DNA from: a virus
Taxonomy: Duplodnaviria; Caudoviricetes
Length of the DNA: 59,594 nucleotides
Virus record (IMG/VR): IMGVR_UViG_3300021057_000001
Location: 1-59,594 of that record
Direction: 5' to 3' (one strand)
This document shows positions 27,333-36,848 of the stretch, piece after piece (the stretch's first letter is position 1; each line of letters starts with the position of its first letter). A model generated the notes under the pieces. It saw nothing but the letters and a program-made list of their open reading frames with translations, had not been told where the DNA came from and searched no databases. The position numbers and the translations under genes were made by a program.

Positions 27333-28917
27333 AACGAGCCTGGCCGCAGAGCGTCAGCGCGCGCTGAGGCGCCTGCTGCGGCTGTCGTTCGCTGACTTCG
27401 CGGCCTACTTCTGGCCGCGGATGACCGGCCTTGCGTGGCCGGACAACACCGCGACGCGGGCCCTGACGTCGGCGCTGCAGTCGGTCGCCGATGGCCGGAT
27501 CTGGCGGCTGCTCGTCGCGATCTCCCCGGGCATCGGCAAGTCGACGATGCTCGCGCTGTACTCCGCGTGGCGCCTGGCTCGTCGCGCGGACTGGCGTGCG
27601 CTGCACGCGATGGCGGCGTCGACGGACGCGAACCGCGAATCGCTGCGCGTGAGACGCCTGGTGCAACACGAGGATTTCGCGCGGCTGTTCCCGCACGTGG
27701 TGCTCGCCGAGGACGAGCAAACCGTGCAGTCGTGGGCGACGACGAAGGGAGGCAGGTACTACGCGCTCGGCACCGACACCGCGATCACTTCTAAGCGCGT
27801 GCTTGAGATCGTCGTCGACGACCCGATGTCGGCGCTCGACCGGCACTCGAAGGCCGAGCGCGATCGGGTATGGATGTGGCTCGACGAGGCTGCCACGTCG
27901 CGCCTCGACGGCGATCGCGCCCCGGTGATCATCGTCGCCCAGCGCCTGGACCGCGACGACATCCACGCGCGATGCCTCGGCAGCTCGAATCAGTGGGTCA
28001 TGCTCGAGCCGGCCGCCGAGCGCGACGGACGAGGCCTCGAGCTGCGCGACCACGCCGGCGATCTCGTGTGGAGCGACGACCGCGCGCCCGACGAGTTGAT
28101 CGCGCCGCAGATGTTGTCGCGCGAGAAGCTCGCCGGCTTCTCCAAGGCGGTGCGGACGACGCAGTATCAGCAGCGCCCCGACGAGAGCGGCGGCGGTGCG
28201 ATCGCGCGGGACGCCTGGCGGTTCCACGCTCCGGCGGGCGCAAACCCCAACGCGCCGCGGCCGCGGGGATGCGCGACACAGGATGTGTCGCCGACCGTTG
28301 AGACGCCAGCATCGTTCAGCCACATCGTGATCTCGCTCGATCCGACGTTCGGCGGGACGAAGACGCAGAACGACTTCGCGAGCGCGCAGGTCTGGGGCGC
28401 ATCGGGATCGGGGCGCTACCTGCTCGCTCGATGGAAGAAGCGATCGAAGCAACGCGAGCAGAGGTTTGCGCTGAAGGCGTTCCGCGAGCGCTTCCCCGAC
28501 TCGACGATCATCATCGAGAAGGCCGCCGGCGGCGAAGGCATGGCGGAGGAGCTCGAGGCCGAGACGCCGCCGGTGAAGCGAATCGAACTGATCACCGTCG
28601 GGACGCACACCGGCGGCAAGGCCGCGCGGCTCGACAACGTAAGCCCGACGATCGAGCAGGGCTTCGCGTACCTACCGATCGGGATGCCCGAGCTACAGGA
28701 CTTCGTGGACGAGCTCGCCGGCATGACGCCGCATGACGACGACATGGACTCGTGCTCGCAGGCGCTGCACTGGTTAAACATGAAGGCGGGCAAGCCGAAG
28801 CCGGTGCCCCAAGGCGGCTCGCGCGGCACGGCATCAACGGTAGTTGCTGCGGCGCCCGTCGCTCAATCTGCGCCGTCCATCTACGCCGCGATCGGCGCCG
28901 CCGCGCGCCCGAGGTGA
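27316..28917 (+). CDS. terL: Terminase large subunit
   Basis: ISPGIGKST Walker A, IVVDDP Walker B, QYQQRP, SLDPT, IIEK, HDDDMDS nuclease motifs. Confidence 0.93.
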   Translation: MAPSTETSLAAERQRALRRLLRLSFADFAAYFWPRMTGLAWPDNTATRALTSALQSVADGRIWRLLVAISPGIGKSTMLALYSAWRLARRADWRALHAMAASTDANRESLRVRRLVQHEDFARLFPHVVLAEDEQTVQSWATTKGGRYYALGTDTAITSKRVLEIVVDDPMSALDRHSKAERDRVWMWLDEAATSRLDGDRAPVIIVAQRLDRDDIHARCLGSSNQWVMLEPAAERDGRGLELRDHAGDLVWSDDRAPDELIAPQMLSREKLAGFSKAVRTTQYQQRPDESGGGAIARDAWRFHAPAGANPNAPRPRGCATQDVSPTVETPASFSHIVISLDPTFGGTKTQNDFASAQVWGASGSGRYLLARWKKRSKQREQRFALKAFRERFPDSTIIIEKAAGGEGMAEELEAETPPVKRIELITVGTHTGGKAARLDNVSPTIEQGFAYLPIGMPELQDFVDELAGMTPHDDDMDSCSQALHWLNMKAGKPKPVPQGGSRGTASTVVAAAPVAQSAPSIYAAIGAAARPR

Positions 28918-28918
28918 T

Positions 28919-28948
28919 TCGCCCCGCCGCGCCAGCGTCGGCCACTGT
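28919..28948 (+). promoter_or_regulatory. Late promoter motif (portal)
   Basis: TCGCCC-N18-CACTGT, ATG 10 nt later. Confidence 0.6.
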
Positions 28949-28958
28949 TTCGCCAGAG

Positions 28959-30353
28959 ATGGCGAACGCTGGCCGATTCCAGAAGGGCGACGATCCGCGG
29001 CGCCACACGCCCGTCGCGAAAGCCAAAGGCGCCCCCGGCTCGACCGGCGTCATCTCATACAGCGGCTACCTCCAGTCCAGCGAGCCCGGCGAGATCACCG
29101 GCCGCCAAAAGTGGATCGAATACTCCAGAGCCTGGGCGCATCCGCCCGTCGCGATCTGGGCGATCCTCCGCTCGGCGCTGCTCTCCGGGATGAAGTGGTC
29201 ACTGACGGAGAATCCCGCCGGCGGCGCACAGGCGAAGCGCGGCGTCGAGATCGTCCAGCAGGGGTTGCTCGACGCGCGGCTTTCGCGCCCGTGGCCGCAG
29301 ATTGTCGCGAAGGCGCTGCTCGCCGACGCGAACGGGTTCTCGCTCCACGCGACGGCGCTGGGCCGCCGCAAGGACGGGCTCGTCGTCTACACCGACATCG
29401 CGCATCGCCCGCCGCACACCGTCGAGAAGTGGCTGCGCAAGGTCGAGAACGACGAGACCACGCCGTTTGTCGCCGTCGAGCAGACGACCGCGAGCGGCAA
29501 GCGGTTCCCGGTTCCGCTCGACGAGTGTCTGTATCTCGTCAGCGACACGCTGACCGACTCGCCCGAGGGTGCCGGGTTCCTGCGACTCGTCGCCGAGCGT
29601 CTTCGGAGGATCTCGAAGTACGAGCGGCTCGAAGGCTCGGAGCTGTTCTCTTCGATGGGGGGCACACCGATCGCGCGCGCGCCGCTCGAGGAAATCGCGA
29701 AGCACGCAGCGCAGCAGCCGGGCGCGACGGACGCGACCATCACCGCGGCGATCTCGAGCGCGACGACGGCGATCGAGACCGCGGTGTCAGAGCGGATCAA
29801 GACGCCCGACGTTCAGCAGTACCTGAAGCTCGACTCGGCGACGTACAAGGGCGAGAACCCGGACACGATCTCGTCGACGCAGAAGTGGGCGATCGAGACG
29901 GTGAAGGGCGAACTGCAGGGGCTGCCCGAGATCCGCAAGATCATCGCCGACCTGACGCTTGACGTCGCCCGCATGCTCGGCGTCGAGTTCGCGTTCATCG
30001 GCGGCGGCGACACCAGCGGGACGCAGGCGCTCCACGAGTCCAAGACCTCGGTCTTCGCGCAGTCGCTTCAGGCCGGCGCGGCGCGTGTCGCGCAGTCAGC
30101 GGATCAGCAGCTCGTGCGGCGGCTCGTCCGCGCGAACGGGCTCGATCCGGACGTCGCCGCACCGTACCTGACGCCGGCGGCAATCTCGTCGAAGGACGTC
30201 GAGAAGGTCGCTAGGGCTCTTGGTCTGCTCAACATGGCCGGCCTGGCGCCGAACCACCCGGCGAAGATCGCGATGTTCGAGGCGCTGGAGCTGCCGTGGC
30301 AGGACGAGGCGGCAGGGCTGATGTTGCCGACGAGCGGAGGGGGATTCCCATGA
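28959..30353 (+). CDS. Portal protein
   Basis: Follows TerL, about 464 aa; NGFS, DSPEGAGFLR, GGDTSGTQAL, QQLVRRLVRANG features of DUF935-like portals. Confidence 0.85.
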   Translation: MANAGRFQKGDDPRRHTPVAKAKGAPGSTGVISYSGYLQSSEPGEITGRQKWIEYSRAWAHPPVAIWAILRSALLSGMKWSLTENPAGGAQAKRGVEIVQQGLLDARLSRPWPQIVAKALLADANGFSLHATALGRRKDGLVVYTDIAHRPPHTVEKWLRKVENDETTPFVAVEQTTASGKRFPVPLDECLYLVSDTLTDSPEGAGFLRLVAERLRRISKYERLEGSELFSSMGGTPIARAPLEEIAKHAAQQPGATDATITAAISSATTAIETAVSERIKTPDVQQYLKLDSATYKGENPDTISSTQKWAIETVKGELQGLPEIRKIIADLTLDVARMLGVEFAFIGGGDTSGTQALHESKTSVFAQSLQAGAARVAQSADQQLVRRLVRANGLDPDVAAPYLTPAAISSKDVEKVARALGLLNMAGLAPNHPAKIAMFEALELPWQDEAAGLMLPTSGGGFP

Positions 30354-30895
30354 GCCAACTCCTCACCTTCGCCAACACGGCGACCGCGACGATCTACGGC
30401 TCGCTCGCCGGCTGCCTGGCCTACCTCGGCGCGCGCACGACTGATTGGAATGCCGTCGCCACGGACGAGACGCTCTGGCGCTTGCTCGTCCAGGCGCGCG
30501 ACCTGATCGACGCGCAGTCGTGGTCGTCTGCGTACGACACGTTCGCCGAGCGCGACGCGCTGGACCTCGGCACGGGATCGGGGGATGCCGCGTTCCCGTT
30601 CCGCGCCGCGGCGTACTTGCTGGCCGAGATGGGCCGCACGGATCCCTCGGTGCTGTCCGGCGCCGTCGAGAGCAACGTCTCTAGCATCAGCGACGGCAGC
30701 GCCAGCGTCAGCTACTTCTCTCCCAAGAGCCTCGCGCGCGGGACCGTGACGATCTTCCCGAAGCGGGTGATGGATCTGATCGGCGCGTACCTCGCGAAGA
30801 CGAACCTCGGCGGCCCGCAGGGCGGCACGTCTGTCTCTGGCTCCGACGCGAACCCGTTCGACGAGGCCACCGACTTCGAGCCGGACGACGTATGA
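30350..30895 (+). CDS. Head-tail adaptor (DnaT-like family)
   Basis: YGSLAGCLAYL...LLVQARDLID...ISDGSASVSY...LIGAYL. Confidence 0.7.
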   Translation: MSQLLTFANTATATIYGSLAGCLAYLGARTTDWNAVATDETLWRLLVQARDLIDAQSWSSAYDTFAERDALDLGTGSGDAAFPFRAAAYLLAEMGRTDPSVLSGAVESNVSSISDGSASVSYFSPKSLARGTVTIFPKRVMDLIGAYLAKTNLGGPQGGTSVSGSDANPFDEATDFEPDDV

Positions 30896-31275
30896 GCGAC
30901 CTCGGCAAGCTCGTCGCGCAACACCTTGGCTCTGTGGCCGAGACCGGCTACGGCGCGATCACGCTCTCGCGCAAGACGGCGGGGACGTGCAACGCCAGCA
31001 ACGTCACCGCAGGCAACGCGCCGACTTCGGTCGACTACCCGTGTCGCGGTCGGCTCTCGTCGCGACAGTCCACCGTCGTCGTGGGCGGCACGTACACGCG
31101 CGTGCAGACGCCGACGATCGTGATCCTGCGCGACTCGCTCCCCGTCGGTGTCCGTCCAAAGGTCGGCGACACGGTGACGCGAACTGGGACCACGTATCGA
31201 GTCCTCGAAGGCGGCACGTCGCGCGGCGGCAGCGAGGCCACCTACGAGTGCGCGGTCTCCGCGCCGGGCGGGTGA
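30892..31275 (+). CDS. Head closure / head-tail joining protein
   Basis: 127 aa; PKVGDTV...YRV...YEC pattern; follows the adaptor. Confidence 0.6.
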   Translation: MSDLGKLVAQHLGSVAETGYGAITLSRKTAGTCNASNVTAGNAPTSVDYPCRGRLSSRQSTVVVGGTYTRVQTPTIVILRDSLPVGVRPKVGDTVTRTGTTYRVLEGGTSRGGSEATYECAVSAPGG

Positions 31276-31278
31276 CGC

Positions 31279-32730
31279 GTGAGTGAGCGCGACATGCGCA
31301 GGCTCAAGGCGCTGCTCGAGAAGCGGCTCGGGCTGTCATGGGCGGATATCACCGAGTGGCTCCGCGAGCAGAATTCCGTCGAGGAGATCGAGCGCCGTCT
31401 TGCGACCGGCCAGTGGGGCGAGCTCGTTCAAGGTGTCGACGCTGCGGGCAAGAAGCTCGCCGACGATCTGCACCAGGCGTACGTAGTCGCCGGGCAGACG
31501 CAGGCTGAGTGGCTCGACCGTCAAGAGCGGCTCGCCGACACGCTGGCTCGGTTCGACACCGGCCAGGCTGCCGTCGTCGATCGCCAGCGACAGAGCGAGG
31601 TCAAGCTCGTCGGCGCTATCACCGAGGAGAGCCGCACCGTCGTGCGGCAGATCCTCGTCGACGGCCGGCTCGCCGGCGAGCACCCGCGCGACATGGCCCG
31701 GCGGTTGGCCCCTGTCGTGCGCGACTCGATCGGGCTGACGCCGTCGCAAGAGAAATGGGTCTCGAACTACCGCCGCGCGCTCGAACAAGGCGACTACGCG
31801 CGCGCGCTCGGCTACGAGCTGTCGAGCGGGAACGCGGATCGCACAGTTCAGTCGGCGCAGAGCCGCGGTAAGGCCCTCAGCCCCGCGCGGATCTCGGAGA
31901 TGGTCGACGCGTACCGGCGCAACGCGATCGCGTACCGGGCCGAGACGATCGCGCGGACCGAGGCGCAAGGCGCAGCCGAGGCAGGCGCTCAGGATGCGCT
32001 GCGGCAGGCCGTCGACCGCGGCAACGTGAAGGCGGAGGAGTTGATCGTCATGTGGCATGCCGGGCCGGGAACGGCCGACGCGCGCGAGATGCACCAGGCG
32101 ATGGACGAGAAGACGGTGCGGTTCGGCGAGGACTTCATCCTGCCCGACGGGACGGCGATGCGGGGGCCGCACGACTCGCGCGGCGGCGCGCGTCATAACG
32201 CGTCCTGCCGGTGCACGTCGAGCACGACGATCGATCTGGACCGGGCACCGGAGATCGATCTGGATGTACCTGCAGCGGCGCCTGTACCAGTACCTGCGGC
32301 GACCGTCGAGGAGCCACCCGCGCAGCCCAAGAACCCCAGGCGCGTGGCTGCCGCAAGGCTCGCCGCTGCGGCATCGGTCGAGCGGCGACGCGAGATCCAC
32401 TCGGCGGCGCGCAGCAATCTTCCTCCAGAGTTGCACGTAGTCTGGGACAAAGAGGGCCACAAGTTCATGAGGGAAGAGGCCGCCCGGATCCGTGGGGTCA
32501 AAGACCGCGTGAACGCGTCGTCCACGCTCTCTCAGGCGTTCGCGGAGAAGTACGGCTCAGGCGCTGAGACCGCGTTCGGCAACGAAGGCGATCGGTACTT
32601 CCGGCGCGCCGAGCTCGAGGCAGAGCACGCGATATCGTGGGCCGACGAGCAGGAACGGAAGTACTACGCCGAGGCCGAGGCGGCGGCAGCGCGCGGAGAA
32701 TTGAACGACGACGACGATGTGCCCTTCTGA
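31279..32730 (+). CDS. MuF / SPP1 gp7-like head morphogenesis protein with C-terminal extension
   Basis: IGLT, RAETIARTE, REMHQAMD, RGPHD...NASCRC; about 160 aa extension ending DDDDVPF. Confidence 0.88.
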   Translation: MSERDMRRLKALLEKRLGLSWADITEWLREQNSVEEIERRLATGQWGELVQGVDAAGKKLADDLHQAYVVAGQTQAEWLDRQERLADTLARFDTGQAAVVDRQRQSEVKLVGAITEESRTVVRQILVDGRLAGEHPRDMARRLAPVVRDSIGLTPSQEKWVSNYRRALEQGDYARALGYELSSGNADRTVQSAQSRGKALSPARISEMVDAYRRNAIAYRAETIARTEAQGAAEAGAQDALRQAVDRGNVKAEELIVMWHAGPGTADAREMHQAMDEKTVRFGEDFILPDGTAMRGPHDSRGGARHNASCRCTSSTTIDLDRAPEIDLDVPAAAPVPVPAATVEEPPAQPKNPRRVAAARLAAAASVERRREIHSAARSNLPPELHVVWDKEGHKFMREEAARIRGVKDRVNASSTLSQAFAEKYGSGAETAFGNEGDRYFRRAELEAEHAISWADEQERKYYAEAEAAAARGELNDDDDVPF

Positions 32731-32743
32731 TACGATAGGCGCG

Positions 32744-33019
32744 ATGGTCGGCGACGACAGGCACGCGGCGATCCTGCGCAGAGTTGCGCTGGTCGCTCTC
32801 GACGAAGCCCAGGCGGCGCAGCGGCTGGCGCAAGAGGCTCCGAGTGAAGGTCTCACGCGCGCAGCGTTCCGTGCATGCGTGTTCGCGCGTCGCGCTCTGC
32901 TCCGGGCGTCCGAGGTGCAGTCGGACAGCCGCAAGGAAACGAAGATGATCGAGCTGTCCATGGTGATGGCCGAGGCCGCCGAGGCGTTGAGCGCCAGTCT
33001 CGTTCGTTTCGCAGGGTAG
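32744..33019 (+). CDS. Small helical protein downstream of MuF (candidate partner or immunity protein)
   Basis: 91 aa; TACGAT -10-like hexamer at 32731-32736. Confidence 0.5.
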   Translation: MVGDDRHAAILRRVALVALDEAQAAQRLAQEAPSEGLTRAAFRACVFARRALLRASEVQSDSRKETKMIELSMVMAEAAEALSASLVRFAG

Positions 33020-33041
33020 TTCGCGCGCCACTGCGGCTGAA

Positions 33042-33070
33042 TCGCCCCGCCGCTCCTGAACCCTGAGACT
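33042..33070 (+). promoter_or_regulatory. Late promoter motif (protease/scaffold)
   Basis: TCGCCC-N17-GAGACT, ATG 9 nt later. Confidence 0.7.
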
Positions 33071-33079
33071 GGGTTCCAG

Positions 33080-33514
33080 ATGAGCGAGCCCCTTCGAAAG
33101 ATCGAGACCTCGGTCTGCAAGGTCGATCGAAAGCTCGGGCTCGTCTTCATGCGCGCCATTGTCTGCAAGATCGACGGCGAGCCGTACTACGACCTCGGCT
33201 CGGTCGACGAAAGCACCGGCGAAGCGTACGCGGACCACATCTCCGAGGAGGAGATGCTGGAAGCCGTCACCGACTTCATGCTCAAGGCGCGAACCGTCAA
33301 GGCCATGCACGCCGGCGGTTCGCGCGGCGTCGTCGTCCACTCCTGGCCCGAGACGGCCGAGACGGCGAAGGCGTACGACGAGCCCGCGCCGCGGATCACC
33401 GGCTGGAAGGTTGCCGTCAAGGTCGACGACGACCTGCTCGCGAAGCTCGAGAGCGGCGAGATGACCGGCAGCTCGATCGGCGGCCGGGCGCAGCGCGAGA
33501 AGGAGTCGACGTGA
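33080..33514 (+). CDS. XkdF-like prohead protease
   Basis: KVDRKLGLVF, DHISEEEM..A..DFM, KAMH, GW...KVDD, GEMTGSSIGG. Confidence 0.8.
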   Translation: MSEPLRKIETSVCKVDRKLGLVFMRAIVCKIDGEPYYDLGSVDESTGEAYADHISEEEMLEAVTDFMLKARTVKAMHAGGSRGVVVHSWPETAETAKAYDEPAPRITGWKVAVKVDDDLLAKLESGEMTGSSIGGRAQREKEST

Positions 33515-34398
33515 TCGAGTCCAACAAGAACAAGCTGCCCAAGGCGCGGCTCGGGAAGCTCGTGATCGACGAGTTGTCGATCGTCGATCGGCCCTGCGTC
33601 GAGCCGGCGACCGTGATGCTGATGAAGCGCGCTACCGACGACGAATCGCACGCAGCGGCACACGAATCGCCCCGTCCGCCGGCCCTCACTAGAAAGGTAT
33701 CCACCATGACGCTCGATGAAGCCCTCGCGGAGATCAAGGACCTGAAGGCCAAGCTCGCCGAGCTCGACAAGTCCAAGGAGGATCTCGAGGAGATCAAGGA
33801 CGAGGCCGAGAAGCGCGCGACCATGACCGACGCGCAGCGCGCGCACTACAAGACGCTCGACAAGGCGGACGCCAAGGCGTTCCTCGCGAAGTCGGCAAGC
33901 GAGCGCGACGCGGACGTAACGAAGCGCCTCGCGGGCGATCCGGTCGAGGTCGAGTTCAACGGCGTCGAGTACCGCAAGAGCTCGGGCCCGGCCGTCATCG
34001 AGCTCGCGAAGGCGGCGAAGGCGCAGGCCGAGCAGCTCGCCAAGCGTGACAACGAGATCAAGAAGGCGCGCATCCGCAAGGCGGCGTCGGAGATCCTGAA
34101 GAACGCGCCCGGCACCGACGCGACGCACGACTTCATCGTCGAGCAGCTCGAGGGCAACGCAGACGCGATGGCGACCCTGAAGGGCCTCGTCGCCACCTCG
34201 TCGATCGGCAAGTCGGCGGCGGGCGCCGGCGGCGAGGCAATCGTCGACACCGGCCCGCAGGCCGAGTTCGACGCGCTCGTCGCCAAGCACGTCGAGATCC
34301 ACAAGTGCGACGCCGGCACGGCGCGGCTCGCGGTCACCAAAACCGAACGCGGTCGCGCTCTCTACGGAGAGATCGAGCTGCTCAAGAAGCGTCGCTAA
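33511..34398 (+). CDS. Scaffolding protein
   Basis: IDELSIVDRPC N-terminus then Lys/Glu/Ala coiled coil; precedes capsid genes. Confidence 0.7.
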   Translation: MIESNKNKLPKARLGKLVIDELSIVDRPCVEPATVMLMKRATDDESHAAAHESPRPPALTRKVSTMTLDEALAEIKDLKAKLAELDKSKEDLEEIKDEAEKRATMTDAQRAHYKTLDKADAKAFLAKSASERDADVTKRLAGDPVEVEFNGVEYRKSSGPAVIELAKAAKAQAEQLAKRDNEIKKARIRKAASEILKNAPGTDATHDFIVEQLEGNADAMATLKGLVATSSIGKSAAGAGGEAIVDTGPQAEFDALVAKHVEIHKCDAGTARLAVTKTERGRALYGEIELLKKRR

Positions 34399-34453
34399 GG
34401 GCCACGTCGCCCCGTCAACACCATCGACCTGACCCACATCACGGAGCAAGACC

Positions 34454-35443
34454 ATGACCACCGCGAACGCCGTCGAGCAGGACCCGCACTACATCGAGAT
34501 TCCCGCAGGTTCGAATCTCTCGTCGTACCAGTACCGCTTCATGACCAACACGAGCGGTCAGGCGGCGCTGCCGTCGTCCGGCGGTGCGGTCATCGGCGTG
34601 CTGACGAACGATCCGGACGCCGCCGACAAGCCGGCCACGATCCAGTACTCGGGCATCGCACTCGTGCTCGCGGCGGGCTCGATCACAGCGGGCGGCAAGG
34701 TGCAGTCCGACGAGAACGGCAAGGCCGTCGCTCAGTCCGGCACCGGCATCCCGGCCGGCTGGGCGATGAAGACCACCGCGGCAGACGAGTACTGCCCGGT
34801 CCTCCTGGCGAACCAGGCAGGCGTCGCCGCCGTGACGAGCGAGGAGACGGTGACGAGCGGTGCGCTGTCGCTGAATCCGCAGTTCACCTACCTCTCGGTC
34901 ACCGGCACGCAGGCGTACACGCTCGCGGCCGGCACCTACGTCGGCCAGCGGAAGATCATCGAGTGCACGGTCGCTGCGAGCACGCCGGTCGGCACGCTGA
35001 CGCTCGCCGACGCCTACGGCACCGAGCCCCTGACTCACGTGTTCCGCGCGGTCGGCCAGAAGCTCGTGCTCGAGTGGCGCACCGGTGGCTGGAAGGTCCT
35101 CGACAAGAAGCGCGCCGGCGCGATGACGGTCGTCGTCGGCACCACGGTGCTCACCGGCGAGGACATGGTCTATCGCTACGAGCTGTCGGTGACCGGCACC
35201 GTCGCGTCGGACAGCACCAAGGGAATCCCCGACGGTCTCGTCGCCGGCGAGACGATCGACGTGCAGGTCACGACGGCCGCGTCCACGCCCGATGGCGAGA
35301 TCAACATCACCGCCGAGGATCTCGACGGTGCCGCAGCCACGAAGATCGACACGATCGACGGCACCACCAGCCACATGTTCCGCGGGATGTGGACCGGCCT
35401 CAAGTGGCAGACGGTCGCCATCACCGGAGTCGTCCTCGCGTAA
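34454..35443 (+). CDS. Capsid cement/decoration protein with two repeated beta domains
   Basis: DUF2190-like N-terminus (IGVLTN..., ITAGGKVQSDENGKAV) followed by an internal repeat. Confidence 0.7.
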   Translation: MTTANAVEQDPHYIEIPAGSNLSSYQYRFMTNTSGQAALPSSGGAVIGVLTNDPDAADKPATIQYSGIALVLAAGSITAGGKVQSDENGKAVAQSGTGIPAGWAMKTTAADEYCPVLLANQAGVAAVTSEETVTSGALSLNPQFTYLSVTGTQAYTLAAGTYVGQRKIIECTVAASTPVGTLTLADAYGTEPLTHVFRAVGQKLVLEWRTGGWKVLDKKRAGAMTVVVGTTVLTGEDMVYRYELSVTGTVASDSTKGIPDGLVAGETIDVQVTTAASTPDGEINITAEDLDGAAATKIDTIDGTTSHMFRGMWTGLKWQTVAITGVVLA

Positions 35444-35483
35444 CCGGGCATCGCCCAGCAACACCAACCGGAGCAACTGAGCC

Positions 35484-36470
35484 ATGACCCGTCCCACTTC
35501 CGCCGATGCCCACGTCGCCCAGGTCATCACCGACTGGGCGATCGCCTACGCCAACGAAGCCACGTCGTACAAGTGCGACTTGCTGTCGCCGAACGTCCCC
35601 TCATCGAAGCGAGAGGCGAAGTTCTACACCTACGACAAGGCGCCGTGGTTCACGGACGAGATGCAGAAGCGCGGCGAGGGCGCTCCAGTCCCGATGTCGG
35701 GCTACACGCTCTCGACCACGCTGTTCGAGATCGACACGTGGTCGCTCGGCAAGCCGATCGACGACCAGGCCCGCGACAACGAGGACGACATCCTCGACTC
35801 CGACGAGGACGCCGCGCGCTTCCTGATGGAGAAGGAGCGCATCCGTCGCGAGAAGGCGTTCGCCGCGGCCTGCCTCGCGACCTCGAAGTGGTCGCTCGAC
35901 GTGACCGGCAACACGTCGGCGTCTGACTACACCGCGAACACGGTCGCGCAGTGGGACGACTCGGACTCGAACCCGCTCGTCGACATCGCGACCTACAAGA
36001 CGCGGATGAAGCTCGCGACGGGCCTGGATCCGAACGTCTTCGTCTGTGGCCGCCAGGTCTGGGACATCGTCAAGAACCACGCCGACATCACCGACCTGCT
36101 CAAGGGCGGCGCAACCACGGCCAACCCCGCGAAGGTCACGCAGCAGGCGGTCGCCGCGCTGTTCGAGCTCGAGGACATCATCGTGATGGACGCGGTCGAG
36201 AACACGGCCGCGGCACCGAAGGCGATGACCGGCGCGTTCATCGCGGGCAAGCACGGCCTGCTCATGCATCGCAACATGAACGCGGGCCGCAAGGGTGCGA
36301 CCGCGGTCAAGACCATCACCTGGAAGCGCCCCGGTACCGACGCGCGCGGCTTCCGCATGCTGAAGTCGGCGATCGACATCCACCGCGATCTGGTCGAGGT
36401 CGAGTCGAACTTCACGGTGAAGATCTGCGCGAGCGACCTCGGCATCTTCTTCAGCGGTCTGGTGGCGTAA
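35484..36470 (+). CDS. Major capsid protein
   Basis: 328 aa; ITDWAIAY, QWDDSDSNPLVDI, TGLDPNVFVCGRQVW, DLGIFFSGLV. Confidence 0.88.
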   Translation: MTRPTSADAHVAQVITDWAIAYANEATSYKCDLLSPNVPSSKREAKFYTYDKAPWFTDEMQKRGEGAPVPMSGYTLSTTLFEIDTWSLGKPIDDQARDNEDDILDSDEDAARFLMEKERIRREKAFAAACLATSKWSLDVTGNTSASDYTANTVAQWDDSDSNPLVDIATYKTRMKLATGLDPNVFVCGRQVWDIVKNHADITDLLKGGATTANPAKVTQQAVAALFELEDIIVMDAVENTAAAPKAMTGAFIAGKHGLLMHRNMNAGRKGATAVKTITWKRPGTDARGFRMLKSAIDIHRDLVEVESNFTVKICASDLGIFFSGLVA

Positions 36471-36473
36471 GTC

Positions 36474-36848
36474 ATGACTCGCCGGCGCCCCAGGGAGCGC
36501 CGCGAGTACCGCGCGGGCGAGCCGCTGATCGCGCGGCAGCCGCTGCAGTTCTCGGGGCAGAAGGTCGCGGCACGCGCTGTCGTGCCCGAGTCGATGTTCT
36601 CGTCCGAGCGCAAGCGGATGACGATGTGGCGGGCGAAGAAGGTCGACCACGAGCGCGACTTGCCCGCAAAGAAGTCTCCGCCGTCTCCGTCGCAGGCTGC
36701 GCCGGCCACCCCCTCCGAGGCCACGGTGCAGTCGCCGGAGGCGGCGGCGGTTGTCGTCGCGACCAGCGACGAGCAGCTCGCCGACGCCGAGCTCGAGAAG
36801 CTGACGGACCCCAAGCCCAAGGCTGACCGCCGTGGGCGAAGCCGCTGA
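36474..36848 (+). CDS. Hypothetical protein after MCP
   Basis: 124 aa with low-complexity tail. Confidence 0.6.
   Translation: MTRRRPRERREYRAGEPLIARQPLQFSGQKVAARAVVPESMFSSERKRMTMWRAKKVDHERDLPAKKSPPSPSQAAPATPSEATVQSPEAAAVVVATSDEQLADAELEKLTDPKPKADRRGRSR

Noticed and set aside
34407-34435. Ninth copy of the late promoter before the decoration gene
   Set aside because: TCGCCCC is present, but there is no [G/C]ANNNT at 17-18 nt spacing and the gene has an ordinary GGAG ribosome-binding site.
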